Position numbers and translations under genes: made by a program
Assembly: GCA_037379345.1 (NCBI GenBank)
Contig: CM074517.1
Span: 29,326,001 to 29,390,000 of the forward strand
From: Perna viridis
Taxonomy: Eukaryota
Direction: 5' to 3'
Length of the DNA: 64,000 bases
Part shown: one piece after another, positions 1 to 12,285 of the stretch
Numbering within the stretch: the stretch's first letter is position 1
Layout: every line of letters starts with the position of its first letter
The notes under the pieces: generated by a model
Seen by the model: only the letters and a program-made list of their open reading frames with translations
The model's database searches: none
What the model was told of the DNA's origin: nothing

Positions 1-322
1 TTATTAAGTTGCTTTATAGATCTACATGATGAAATGTATAATAATTCATTCCAATCCGTCTGCTCTTAGTAGATAATCCACATGGAAAATCCAATAGTTT
101 CTATTGTATTCTAGTGTCATTTACAGAGTAATCTCCCTAAATTTGGAATTCTACAGTACGTTCTATATAATTTTTATCTCCAAAGAGCACAAGTTATATG
201 AAAAACCACATGTTAATTTCTGTTCAATACAACATTTCAAACAAAATATCAAAAATAAAAATATGTAGGCTTTCCCATCATAAATCACATTTTGCATGAT
301 TCTTACCTGGAGTACTATTTAA
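1..322 (+). mobile_element. MITE family D copy (truncated by window edge), ending ~30 bp from the DHX16 exon 10 donor
   Basis: Colinear with 60739-61053. Confidence 0.8.
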
Positions 323-345
323 ATAGCATATTGTTATAACAGTTA

Positions 346-648
<303 letters not shown>

Positions 649-1224
649 TTAGTTTTCTTGGAGTTCTAATCAGACAGCCGGCTTCCATTTCTACCTTGTC
701 CACAGCATCAGACCTGTCACAAGACACCATTTTGAATTTTTTCGGCAACAACTGGGTGCAACTATAATTAGAATCATGTGAGGCTCAGACACAAATTTCA
801 ATGTTTTTAAGTGGTTGATAACTAATACTATGTAACCAAATGATTATGGTTGATCCAATGAATGGCCAAATATCATATGACACAGTTTATACATGTCCTT
901 ATTGATATATATTTCTTCCATTCTTAAACAGTGATTAACAATGCACATGGAATTAAACAACAGACGTTGATTTCATTACAATGGGAGATTTCCCATCATT
1001 TCAGATTTTCCATTTTTTCTACAGATTTCATGGGAGAAACAAATTCTCTTTATTCATATTCTTGATTTAAACTTTTTCTCCAATCTCTATGGTAGAATTT
1101 GTATTTTAACAAGCTCGCTAAAGCTCAAATGTAAAAATTAATTTTACCAACTCAAGTGAAGAAGTTATTTAAACTGCTGATTACTGAATTGAAATTGAAA
1201 ACCTATGTGTGCATTGAAAACTTA

Positions 1225-1410
<186 letters not shown>

Positions 1411-1526
1411 TCACCTTCCTAGAAAGAGCAAAATTATATTCACATAAGACAGGTGGTCATATATACAGATCAATCTTAAAAAGAATATACAACTCAGGGA
1501 TATCTAAATAATAATCTTTACAGGAA

Positions 1527-3505
1527 TACAGGTAGTCACTACGACAAGTTGATGATAGCATAGGTAGTTAATAATACAAGTTGATGATAGTACAGGTAAT
1601 CACTAAGACAAGTTATGATAGTACAAGTAGTCACTAAGACAAGTTATGATAGTACAAGTAGTCACTAAGACAAGTTTATGATAATACAGGTAGTCACTAC
1701 GACAAGTTGATGATAGTACAGGTAGTCAATAATACAAGTTGATGATAGTACAGGTAATCACTAAGACAAGTTATGATAGTACAAGTAGTCACTAAGAAAA
1801 GTTTATGATAGTATAGGTAGTCACTGAGGCAATTTATGATAGTACAGGTAGTCACTGAGGCAATTTATGATAGTACAGGTAGTCACTATGACAAGTTGAT
1901 AATACAGGTAGTCACTACGACAATTTATGATAGTACAGGTAATCACTACGACAAGTTATGATAGTACAGGTAGTCATTACGATAAGTTGATGATACTATA
2001 GGTAGTTAATAATACAAGTTGATGATAGTACAGGTAATCACTAAGACAAGTTATGATAGTACAAGTAGTCACTAAGACAAGTTATGATAGTACAAGTAGT
2101 CACTAAGACAAGTTTATGATAATACAGGTAGTCACTATGACAAGTTGATGATAGTACAGGTAGTCAATATTACAAGTTGATGATAGTACAGGTAATCACT
2201 AAGACAAGTTATGATAGTACAAGTAGTCACTAAGACAACTTTATGATAGTACAGGTAGTCACTGAGGCAATTTATGATAGTACAGGTAGTCACTGAGGCA
2301 ATTTATGATAGTACAGGTAGTCACTATGACAAGTTGATAATACAGGTAGTCACTACAACAATTTATGATAGTACAGATAGTCACTATGACAAGTTTATGA
2401 CAGTACAGGTAGTCACTACCACAATTTGATGATAGTACAGGTAATCAGTACGACAAGTTATGATAGTACAGGTAGTCACTACAACAAGTTTATGAAAGTA
2501 CAGGTAGTCACTGCGACATGTATATGACAGTACAAGTAGTCACTAAGAATGGTTGATGATAACACAGGTAGTCACTACACCAAATTTATGACAGTACAGG
2601 TAGGCATTAAGACAAGTTTATGATAGTACAGGTAGTCACTAAGACAAGTTTATGACAGTACAGGTAGTCACTAAGACAAGTTTATGACAGTACATGTAGT
2701 CACTACAACCAGTTTATGATAGTACAGGTAGTCACTAAGACAAATTTATGATAGTACAGGTAGTCACTGAAACAATTAATGATAGTACAGGTAGTCAATA
2801 ATACAAGTTGATGATAGTACAGGTAGTCACTAGAACAAGTTTATGGTAGTACAGGTAGTCACTACGACATGTATATGACAGTACATGTAGTCACTACGAC
2901 AAATTTATGATAGTACAAATAGTCACTACAACCAGTTTATGACAGTACAGGTAGTCACTACGACAAGTTGATGAAAGTACAGGTAGTCACTAAGACAAGT
3001 TTATGATAGTACAGGTAGTCAATAATACAAGTTGATGATAGTACAGGTAATCACTAAGACAAGTTTATGATAGCACAGGTAGTCACTGAAACAATTTATG
3101 ATAGTACAGGTAGTCACTATGACAATTTATGATAGTACAGGTAGTCGCTATGACAATTTATGATAGTACAGGTAGTCACTATGACAAGTTTATGAAAGTA
3201 CAGGTAGTCACTAAGACAAGTTTATGATAGTACAGGTAGTTAATAATACAAGTTGGTGATAGTACAGGTAATCACTAAGATAAGTTATGATAGTACAGGT
3301 AATCACTAAGACAAGTTTATGATAGTACAGGTAGTCACTGAAACAATTTATGATAGTACAGATAGTCACTATGACAAGTTGATGATAATACAGGTAGTCA
3401 CTACGACAATTTATGATAGTACAGGCAGTCACTAGAACAAGTTTATGATAATACAGGTAGTCACTACGACATGTTTATGACAGTACAGGTAGTCACTATG
3501 ACAAG
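1527..3505. repeat. ~29-30 bp minisatellite array (consensus near GTACAGGTAGTCACTAAGACAAGTTTATGATA), ~2 kb, in DHX16 intron 8
   Basis: Direct inspection; roughly 65-70 monomers; a block at 1561 recurs at 1999. Confidence 0.97.
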
Positions 3506-3650
3506 ACAAATTATTTAATGTATGCTACAATAATTTAATCACAAAATATCTTATTTGTAGAACAATGGCTTGTTGAATTAACTATAACCATATTCCTGAT
3601 ATATCAGTGTATTTGTATCAAAATATCTTAAATTGTTGGTTTTTTTTTCA

Positions 3651-3764
<114 letters not shown>

Positions 3765-4330
3765 CTAAATGAAAATTAATGACAATAAGAATTAAAAACA
3801 AACCTATAGCCCCCTTCACCCATGCTAGTAAGAGACTGATCACAGCAAAAGGATTCTTAAGCAAGTCTATAACTAATATAAACCAACTGATTTCTCTGGA
3901 TGCCTATTTTTGCATTTCATGATGTCAATTCAGTTTCCCTGTAATTTAATTTTGTGAGTTATAAATGCACACTTAAACATAAATTCTATAAATAGACCAT
4001 AATGTATGAACATATCAATGGTGACTTATTTTTGCAAATTTTTCTTGATTACAAAAATAAGCAAAAACAAAGTGCATGGGAAAATAAATTGGTTTTCAGT
4101 ATACTTAAAGTGTTTCATATTATAAACAAACTCTATAAATTTCAAAGGTGTGTTAAGCATCAATAGTGTTGTTAAATGCAAGACAGATCAATGATAAGGC
4201 CTCTAAGGCCCATTATTATGTTATACTGTTCATTTTCTGTTTAAAACAGTTCAAAATCAATCATTTCAATAGTGTGGGTACTAATTTGGTTAAAAAAAAA
4301 GCCTTTTCACTTGAAAACTGACAAAAGGTA

Positions 4331-4689
4331 TAACAAAATGCTTTGCTGGGCACAGCTTCAATTTGACTGCAGTGAACCAATCCTGAACAGTTGGGGCAAG
4401 TATGGACACCATTAAAGCTTGATACAGCTCTGAATTTTGATTATAATTAAACATTTAACACAGGATAAGAATTTGACCAGAATCAGTTGTCCTTTTTTTA
4501 GGCAATTATTCAAAAGCTGTTCAAGTCACAACCCCTAAAATCAATGCCAGCCTTCCTTTTCTGATATCTCACCTTCTAATATTTCATAAAGATCTACACA
4601 CTTATACTCAACTTATTGTCTGGACACGAAACGTCTATGGATGATGGATGATGACAGCATGATTTAGCATTTTTGGGGTCATATAAAAA
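4331..4689 (-). mobile_element. Decayed HINE-like element; related fragments at ~21185-21310 and ~48455-48790
   Basis: TTTTTATATGACC start on the - strand, GATG microsatellite; 4380-4440 resembles the reverse complement of 21225-21280. Confidence 0.55.
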
Positions 4690-4721
4690 CTGCTTATTCT
4701 TTATCCAAATAACCTACTTAC

Positions 4722-4910
4722 AGCTTGATATAAATATTGTGGTATCTGAGTTGTTTTTCCTGATCCAGTTTCTCCCTCTATAATAAGAACCTGGTGTTCA
4801 TCAATAGCATCTATCAAATCTTGTTTGAATGGGTAGATGGGTAAACTTTTCTGCGTTTCTTCAATCGTTTGCTTCTTTTTCTCCCTTTCTGACATTTCGG
4901 GATCATCACC
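4722..4910 (-). CDS. DHX16: DHX16 coding exon 7, helicase motif I (SLPIYPFK...GETGSGKTTQIPQYL), 189 nt
   Basis: Walker A GETGSGKT; TAG acceptor, GTAAGT donor, phase 0-0. Confidence 0.97.
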
Positions 4911-5588
4911 CTAGAAATAGAATATGTTTATATAAAAGATTATTTTACATTTACAATTTTACACTAAAAAATCTAATGAAGGTAAGCAAGGACAAAATAA
5001 AAAATATTTTCCATAAAATCAGAATTTACAATTCTAGAAATAATAATAGAGGTTTTTTTGTATTTTTTTTTTTTGTGTATACCATGAAAACATGAAAGGA
5101 TTTGTATAATTAATATTTCTTTTACAAATATTTTTTTTTAACATTTAACATGTTATCATTTTAAGATCGCACATACATTTTTTGTACCATTAAAAACTTT
5201 ACACAAATAAATGCAATTAAAGCCAGTATTGAAACTACCTAAAATTTCCATAAATACATATCTTTATTATATGTACATGCATATAACTTTGGAGGGTTTT
5301 TAATGAACACTTTCCCTTTACTATTATATGTGCTAAACAGAGATGATATAAATATATTCTAGCTATAGGTAAGAGTTGATATTTTGAAGATACATGTATT
5401 TAAAAAAATGCCATAATAAAGTGAAACCGGTCTAAAGGCAACTTTTAAAATACAAAAAAATTCTGTCTAAACATGAATTTTTTTATTCCTTTCAAATTAC
5501 TTTAAACGTATATATGTACATGTATTTTTGAAAATTGGGTAATAAAACACACATCTAAACCAAATAAATTCAAAGGAGTTGGGTTTAG

Positions 5589-6089
5589 TTTGTTTTGTTT
5601 GTTTGTTGGGGTTTAATGCCCGAGCAGCAATATTTCAGCTATATTCAGGTGATGAACATGAAGTGGATGATAAAATGAACATGAAATGATGATGAATTGA
5701 AAAATGGGATGGGACACAAGGATAATGGGGTCAACAAATTTTGATTGCCACTGGAAAAAGGGGAAGTGGGTAGGGTCGGGCAATTTAGCCTCCTGTGGCG
5801 GAGCCCTATGGTTCCTACTCCGGGAGAATACCACAGTAGGGTTTTTTAACGTGCAAGGAACGGTGTACCACTATGGTTTGCGGTCAGGTTTTCCGTATTA
5901 TAGCCTGACAACCCCAGCATGTAACACACCAGGGGTACCTCATTCCACCACCTGGGCACACAACTCAGTTGCTCTGTGGGCAGAGCGCCCTAGTCCCCGG
6001 CAAAGGTTCTGAGCACTATTTAGTCGCCTTTTACGACAAGCTTAGTGCTGCTGCAGGCCTATTCTTTTGACACCTGAACCTGCACGGTC
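5589..6089 (-). mobile_element. SINE-like non-autonomous retroelement, family A, copy 1
   Basis: 13-bp TSD GAGTTGGGTTTAG (5576-5588, 6090-6102); (CAAA)n tail; highly similar to 15766-16365 and 63353-63750. Confidence 0.9.
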
Positions 6090-6201
6090 GAGTTGGGTTT
6101 AGAGATTTCACTGTATTATTCATGTGACATGCAGGTCAAATAGGAAATTGTATTTTGCTATTCATTACATGTCACTATAACAAACAATGAATCTATCATA
6201 C

Positions 6202-6544
6202 CTTTCTTGTTCCTGGCATCTGTAAAGCTTGGACAAACTCTATTTCCTCGTCCATAATCATATCATAATCTTTGACAGATTTTTTCTCCCTGGCTTTATC
6301 CTTGGCATCTTTGGCCCCAAATCTCATCAATGCAGCTCCCACATGTTCCTCTTCCCACCTCTTCTGTTCATAATTTGGTCCCTTTTCTGTTTCATCTTCC
6401 TCATATTTTTCTGATGGCTTAACATCATCTTTTGGCATGTAGTAATGGTCTGCTTTTTGTTTTTCACCAGCTTTACGATGTTCTTTAGCTAACTTCAGTA
6501 CTTTCTTTTTGTATTCTAACTCCTTTCTTTCTTTATCGGTGAGT
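6202..6544 (-). CDS. DHX16: DHX16 coding exon 6 (LTDKERKELEYKKKVLKLA...EQKRWEEEHVGAALMRFGAKDA...QMPGTRK), 343 nt
   Basis: EQxRWEE and FGAxDA motifs; CAG acceptor, GTATGA donor, phase 2-0. Confidence 0.95.
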
Positions 6545-6780
6545 CTGAAAAAAGTGTCAGTTTAAAATAATATACATACCCCAATAATAATTAAATCCAA
6601 CAGAGCTGCCTGCATAGACAAAAAAAAGTTTGACAAATAATTACATTAAAATGTGTGTCTTTTCAATATGAGTATAATGTGAGTTATTCATATTCATAGC
6701 TTTTCTGTGCACACTGTTAGATATTGTGATATTAACCATTAACAATATTTTGGTAAATTTACTCTAGATTTATATTGTAT

Positions 6781-7277
6781 TGTTCATATCACAACACATA
6801 TGTTATGCCGGAGCTTGCCGAGACTACTCACACTTTTTGTATCGCACTAGAATTCTAACAAATAGGCTTTTGGTGCAGGGTTATGTTGTTACAAGATTGA
6901 AGTCATCACTACAAAAGTTTTATGGTCATCATCATGAACTCGTGGATCGCTACAGTGTATCCGTCTGTGCCATGAAAACTGATTTGTTCAATGTGTCATA
7001 GTTTTCCTTTCCTCTTTCGTCTACCCCAGACTTGACTTTTTATGAGCAACTTGGCAGGTGTTTCTAGAAAAGCAGAGGACTGTTACCCTACTGGAGCATC
7101 TGGTCCATGCTCCCAGTTTTTAGTGGAGTTCGAGTTGCTCATTTGCTTTTGTTACTTTGTATGTATCATTTTAGTTACTTATGTTCTTTGTTGTGTATGT
7201 CTGTTTCCATGTCTGGTCTTTGTCCCTGGATTACATTCTTTTGATTAAAGCTATAATCTTGGTTCCCTTGATTACTC
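6781..7277 (+). mobile_element. Penelope-like (Naiad-type) 3' fragment in DHX16 intron 5
   Basis: Colinear with ~59997-60495; same terminus TTCCCTTGATTACT. Confidence 0.85.
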
Positions 7278-7969
7278 TTAGCACAACACAATAAAAATGT
7301 CTGACCTGTATATAATTTTTCTATTATAATAAATTAAGGCCTTAAAATTAAAATGTCTGAGTTTAGGATAACCCCATACTTTATGCCTGTCTATGCAGAC
7401 TGTACTTTTCATAAAAAAAGAAACAAAAATCCAGACTTTTCTACCTGATGAATTTTCAAGTGTTATACTAAACACTCATATTTTTTGCCTTCAATAAATG
7501 CTATACATGTTTGCCATACAAAAAAATGCCTAGGTTCTCAGCCCACTTTTTAAAAAAAAATTGATGTGGGAGAGAGGTATTTTTTTTTGGGGGGGGGGAG
7601 AGAAATTTCATTGAATTGAACAATTATGTAAATGTAAAGAATGTTGAGAAGTAAAATACTCCATGGCATCAAAACTTTACTGGAATATGAGATGTGGCAA
7701 GAAATAAGAGCCATCTCTACACCAAAAGACAAACTTTCATTTTAAATGATCAATGTTAAATAACAGCCTCATTTGCATCATATTTTTCACCGTTGTTTTC
7801 GTGCAGATGATTCTGTTAACTAATTAAAAATCGATTAAGGACTGGATATGAAAATTTGTGGAACAAATATAAAATTTACGAATTTTATCGTAACAAAAAT
7901 GGCAGATACAGGAGGGTTTTAGGGATGCAGCGGCGCCTGAAAACTTAGCATATTTTTTTTTAGCCTTAC

Positions 7970-8142
7970 TTCATGTCACCAAATAGATACTCTTCGTCAA
8001 CAATCTCAGCCTCCAAATCTTCTAACTTATCCCTGTGTCTCTTTTTATAATAATCTCGTCTAGACTTTTTACGTAACTCGGGAATGATATTAGATCTGTC
8101 CTCTTTCTCTAGCTGTAACCGCTTAGCTGCCTCTTCATATGC
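7970..8142 (-). CDS. DHX16: DHX16 coding exon 5 ([31 protein letters not shown]...DEEYLFGDM), 173 nt
   Basis: Manual translation; [11 protein letters not shown] and DEExLF motifs; GTAAGG donor, phase 0-2. Confidence 0.94.
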
Positions 8143-8489
8143 CTAAATATATTTACTAAATTATAATGGAGCAAATTTTTTTTGGTCATTTTATTCACAG
8201 TTATCTCCCTTAGACCAAAAGAAAAAAAAAATACTTGTGCCAACTTTAACGGATTGACTGGTCTTAATTTTAAGAGTGTACAAATTCTTTTATGAACGTT
8301 AATCATCATTGTTTTCACCTTATGAGTTATTAAAAGCACAAGTCCATTGTCAAGTTGCATATGTACATTTCAAATTGATTTTAACATTACAAATGATGCA
8401 GCTTACAAAAAAAAATAACATTACACAAATTAAACACTTCTCCAAGCAGCTAACAAAACTTTTATACAAAATTATTCTTCCACCTACAC

Positions 8490-8775
8490 ATATTTCTCAG
8501 ATTTTTACTACATCACTTAACACATTATTTTTTCTATTTATACATTTTTCCTGATTTTGACATCATGTAACAATTACATATTTTTATTTATAACTTATAT
8601 CTATTTTCTGGTTTTGACATAACGTAATATACACATTTATATATTTATACCTTTTTTTCTGATTTTACTATAACGTAAAATAAATATTTGTCTATTTATG
8701 TTTTTTTCTGATTTTGACATCACACAGCATATACATTTTTTTTAATTATACCTTTTTTTCCGATTTTGACATAAC
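8490..8775. repeat. Degenerate ~52 bp tandem repeat (about 6 units) overlapping the DHX16 exon 4 donor
   Basis: Anchor GATTTTGACAT or variants at ~8500, 8553, 8610, 8661, 8710 and 8762. Confidence 0.8.
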
Positions 8776-8905
8776 TTTTCTTTGATGATCTTTGTCCTTT
8801 TCTCTCAATCTATTGGCAAATTTATCTCTCTCCTCAAGATCCTGTAATCTTTCCTGTTCAGAATCACTGGAGTCAGAATCCATTTTGTCATCAGCATCCA
8901 GGTCC
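8752..8905 (-). CDS. DHX16: DHX16 coding exon 4 (DLDADDKMDSDSSDSEQERLQDLEERDKFANRLREKDK...SEKK), 154 nt
   Basis: Manual translation; ERLQDLEERDxFAxR motif of DHX16; TAG acceptor, GTATAA donor, phase 2-0. Confidence 0.93.
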
Positions 8906-9074
8906 CTATGAAAATAAAAGATACATCATATACATGTAATACAAAGTCAATTATCTGAGGATTTCTTATGTGCAAGATTTCCAATAATAATTTTCATTGG
9001 TTTGTTCTTCCAAGTTAAATGATAAAATTGATTTTCACAAGAAATTTGATTGGCTGTATTACTTGTCAACAGCC

Positions 9075-9295
9075 TTAAGGAGATAGACCTGGTGTAAGGG
9101 ACACAACTCCTGCAAATCATTGGAACATTTGTTTTCAGCATTTTACATCAAATATCATGTAAGCATCAAAGTAACTTGGATTGATTTTATTTTCTTTTAA
9201 ATGGAAGCTTGAAAGGCTTTGGTGAAATTAAATATGATAAAAACACAGCACTGATTTCAAGAGTTATGTCCCTTACCCTAAGTCTACCTCCTTAA
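9075..9295 (+). mobile_element. TTAA-bounded MITE family B (Kolobok-like), 221 bp
   Basis: ~35-bp TIR TTAAGGAG(G/A)TAGAC...GTAAGGGACA(T/C)AACTC; same length as the copy at 38807. Confidence 0.85.
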
Positions 9296-9546
9296 ATCAG
9301 GATTTTTTTTACATGTATTTGCATGTGTTTTTTTTTTCTTTTAAAGAGTTATATTCTTATTTTACATGTATAACCTTACATCTAATTTCCAATTCTGAAT
9401 TACAAGCATCTATTAAAGACCTAATGGAACAGTTGATTAATCCAGTTCAAGGTACATGTATGTGTGTAGTACTTGCATGACATGTATGTATATGTACATG
9501 TACTTGGTACAATTTTTATAAACATGTACAAAGTACAGGATAATAC

Positions 9547-9629
9547 CTGTCTGGATTAGCATCACTTTCATCTGATGATGACTCCTTTTTTCTTCGAAGA
9601 TGCTTTTGTCTTTTTTCTGCTTTTCTTCT
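9547..9629 (-). CDS. DHX16: DHX16 coding exon 3 (RRKAEKRQKHLRRKKESSSDESDANPD), 83 nt
   Basis: T-tract+CAG acceptor, GTATTA donor, phase 0-2; KHLRxK motif; frame differs from the ORF track. Confidence 0.88.
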
Positions 9630-9748
9630 CTGAAAAAAAAAAGATTTAGCAATAATTTAAGAACCTGTATCTATCAAAGTTGTCACAGTCCAATCATATG
9701 GTTTTTAAGCATAAACAGGTTCATGATGTAGATTTAACATATACCATA

Positions 9749-10056
9749 CCGTCAACCAAAATTTTAATTTCTCCACTCTTTACAGTGGAGTCACTCATGT
9801 CTTCCACTGTGACTCCACCAAAGTAAAAAATGGGATAAAATTGCTCAATTTCAATAGTTTTCAACATTTTTCTGTCCTTCACTGAAATGTTATTAAACTG
9901 CTAGAACCATTAAATATACCTTGTTATATGGACAGGAGAAGTTAATTACAGACAATTTTTGAAATGATGACTCAACTGTGGAGAGTGGAGATACTGTGAC
10001 TCCACTAAAAATATCTCCACTGTGGAGAGTGAAGTAATTAAAATTTGTGTTGACAG
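9749..10056. mobile_element. TA-flanked MITE (Tc1/mariner-like) with GACTCCAC/GTGGAG internal repeats; partial second copy ~18045-18260
   Basis: ~31-bp imperfect TIR C(C/T)GTCAAC..AAATTTTAATT..T.CACTCT; TA on both sides. Confidence 0.75.
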
Positions 10057-10343
10057 TAGTGTATTCATTCTTTCTTGTAATTTTCAGGAAAAATTAGAAG
10101 GATGATACATGTAGTATAAATATCAAGAATGTATTATTCACATAGTACATGTACATGTATGGTAAAAAAGACTAGAAAATAAAAAATCCACAACTCTTTA
10201 TTTGGGATACATTATAGTTTGTTCTAAGAAATTAGTTCAAAGGTTGTTTAGATCATTTTCAGAGCTCTTATTCAACTAGAGAACATAAGATTTTCAAGTA
10301 CAATTTACATTAAAACTAAAACATCTGCTTTTTAATCCTATAC

Positions 10344-10475
10344 CTTAGGTTGAATACTGTATTCATCATCACTCCCAGATGACACCAACTTATAACTCTG
10401 ATTTTTCTTTTGCAGCTCTAGAGCTTGTCTCTCTGCAATTCTTCCTGGTTTTTCTGCAATATCTTTCTTTGGTAT
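10344..10475 (-). CDS. DHX16: DHX16 coding exon 2 (IPKKDIAEKPGRIAERQALELQKKNQSYKLV...QPK), 132 nt
   Basis: Polypyrimidine+CAG acceptor, GTATAG donor, phase 0-0, KPxRxAExxA...NxSYxL similarity to DHX16. Confidence 0.92.
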
Positions 10476-12087
10476 CTGTAAAAAAAAATAACTTAAATCT
10501 AACATTTCACTATGCAACTGAACCACATTTTTATGATGAAAAAAAACTTAGCATGCCATCATTTTTATTCAAATTTTAATCTGACATGATTACACTTTTT
10601 TCAAATGCACCTAAATTGCTATATTTTTTTCATGGTTTACTACAAGTAGTCATCAGTGATGTGATGGATCATTGTAAATGTAGATACATGTACATGTATA
10701 CATAATACAGGTATGAAATACACGAATTTGCACTTATTATTTTGCTGTGAATAACCCCAGAATTGTCTCTAAGTGATGAATTGAAGTCAAAATAACCAAT
10801 TTTAAATTGTGATGTCTTTATCTTTCAGTAGAAGAAGAGTTCAGTCAAAAATAGTCCTTTGATGACATACTATTTTCAGGACCAAACCAAGTTTTACCAT
10901 TCATTTGACCTGAATCAAGAATGACTAATAAAGGAAATTTTGCGGACTTCCGGTCTAGTGTTCCTGATTTTTTACTGGTCCTGTCACATTTTTACCAGTG
11001 ATATCCAACTGTCTAACAAACCTTCAGAAAGACTGTAATTCTATTGCAATGAAATAGATATAATTATCAAATGAAGACATACCTGTATACATGTACCTGT
11101 ATTTTCAAGTCATGGGATAAGCAATAAGAGCTTGTAACCAGAAAAACTTAAAGGGTAGCAACTACATGTAAATAAGAACGAATATATTTGTACAGATTTA
11201 ATCCTGATTAAAATGCTTTCAATGATTTTGCAGTATATTGGGCCTCATTGTATCATGGCAGTCCTTAGTTTTCTAGACTGAGAAAAAAAAAGGCCTCTTG
11301 AAAGTGGATCTTTTATTTTGTCTAAATTAAATTACTACAACATTTTAAATTTGCACCAATTTACTATTCTGATGCAGCATCTTTCAAACTTAGTATATGT
11401 AGTTGCTTGCCAAAAGGTGCTTAAAAATGCTCCCATTGTATCACTGTATTGAAAAGAGGGTTCTCGAAAATAACTTCTTTCAAAAATTTATTTCACTTCA
11501 ACAACTGTTCAAAGGATCATGCATGGTAACTTTTTTATCCATATTTCATCTTCATTGGACTTCACAGTAATTTTCTGAATATAACCATAGCAAAATGGGA
11601 AAATGGCTGAAATCCAGAGTTTGTCCCCTGTTTTCCTGTCGTTAGGAAAACTGGATAAATATGTGGTTTCAAAGTTTACACTTGATCCGAGTTAAAAGAT
11701 AACAAATACTGAAAATGTGCATTGTTCCATGTTCTTATTCTAGCAATATCACGATGCAGTGAGACTTGTGATATAGTGGGAAAAGTGTACAAATACATAT
11801 ATCGGCAATAAAATACCGAAATTTCAGCAGTGGGACGATTCAAATACATCAAAATCCTAAATCATGGACTCAATGTGAACACACAAAACAAAGGATATCT
11901 ACATGTAAAATGTAGAGAACCAAATAAAATACATGTAGATTATACTCACATAAATTAAAGCTAAGGTAAACAAGACATCAAGTCAGATAAGCTGTGCCAG
12001 CAATCATCAACGGTTCTCCCTGAGATAGCATGATAATGTTAGGTTGTTCCGCAGCATTAATAAAAAGGTTTAATTATTATTATTTAC

Positions 12088-12285
12088 CTTTTCCCATAAC
12101 TCCTTGGCAAACTGTAAAGTATTTGTGTTGATGTCAACAGCGCCAGTCTCCCTCAATTTTTCAACAAATCCATCAGAACTGGAGGACTTCTTGCAAAGTC
12201 CAATCAAATACTGTGAAATATATTTGTCAGATATACCTAAAATGTCATGCAACTTATCGCTAACCCATGTATCTAATGAAGACAT
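12088..12285 (-). CDS. DHX16: DHX16/Prp2 coding exon 1 (MSSLDTWVSDKLHDILG...KELWEK), 198 nt
   Basis: ATG at 12285; N-terminus resembles DHX16 (WVxDxLHxxLG); GTAAAT donor; phase 0. Confidence 0.93.

Noticed and set aside
1-322. Segmental duplication or mis-assembly with 60739-61053
   Set aside because: Similarity stops at a TTAA-bounded terminus and the copies are diverged, consistent with dispersed MITE copies.
1527-3505. CRISPR-like array or repetitive protein (ORF 3211-3432)
   Set aside because: Head-to-tail monomers without unique spacers in a eukaryotic intron; frames are full of stops.
5613-6012. ORFs 5613-5834 and 5704-6012 and their counterparts at 15850-16229 and 63278-63726 as a small gene family
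   Set aside because: They are incidental frames in SINE A copies; indels shift frames between copies.
7042-7248. Recurring MSNLAG... hydrophobic ORF (also 41395 and 60258) as a small membrane protein
   Set aside because: It lies in the T/G-rich 3' UTR of the Penelope-like element; the frame is not conserved between copies and the ATG is part of the RNA stem.
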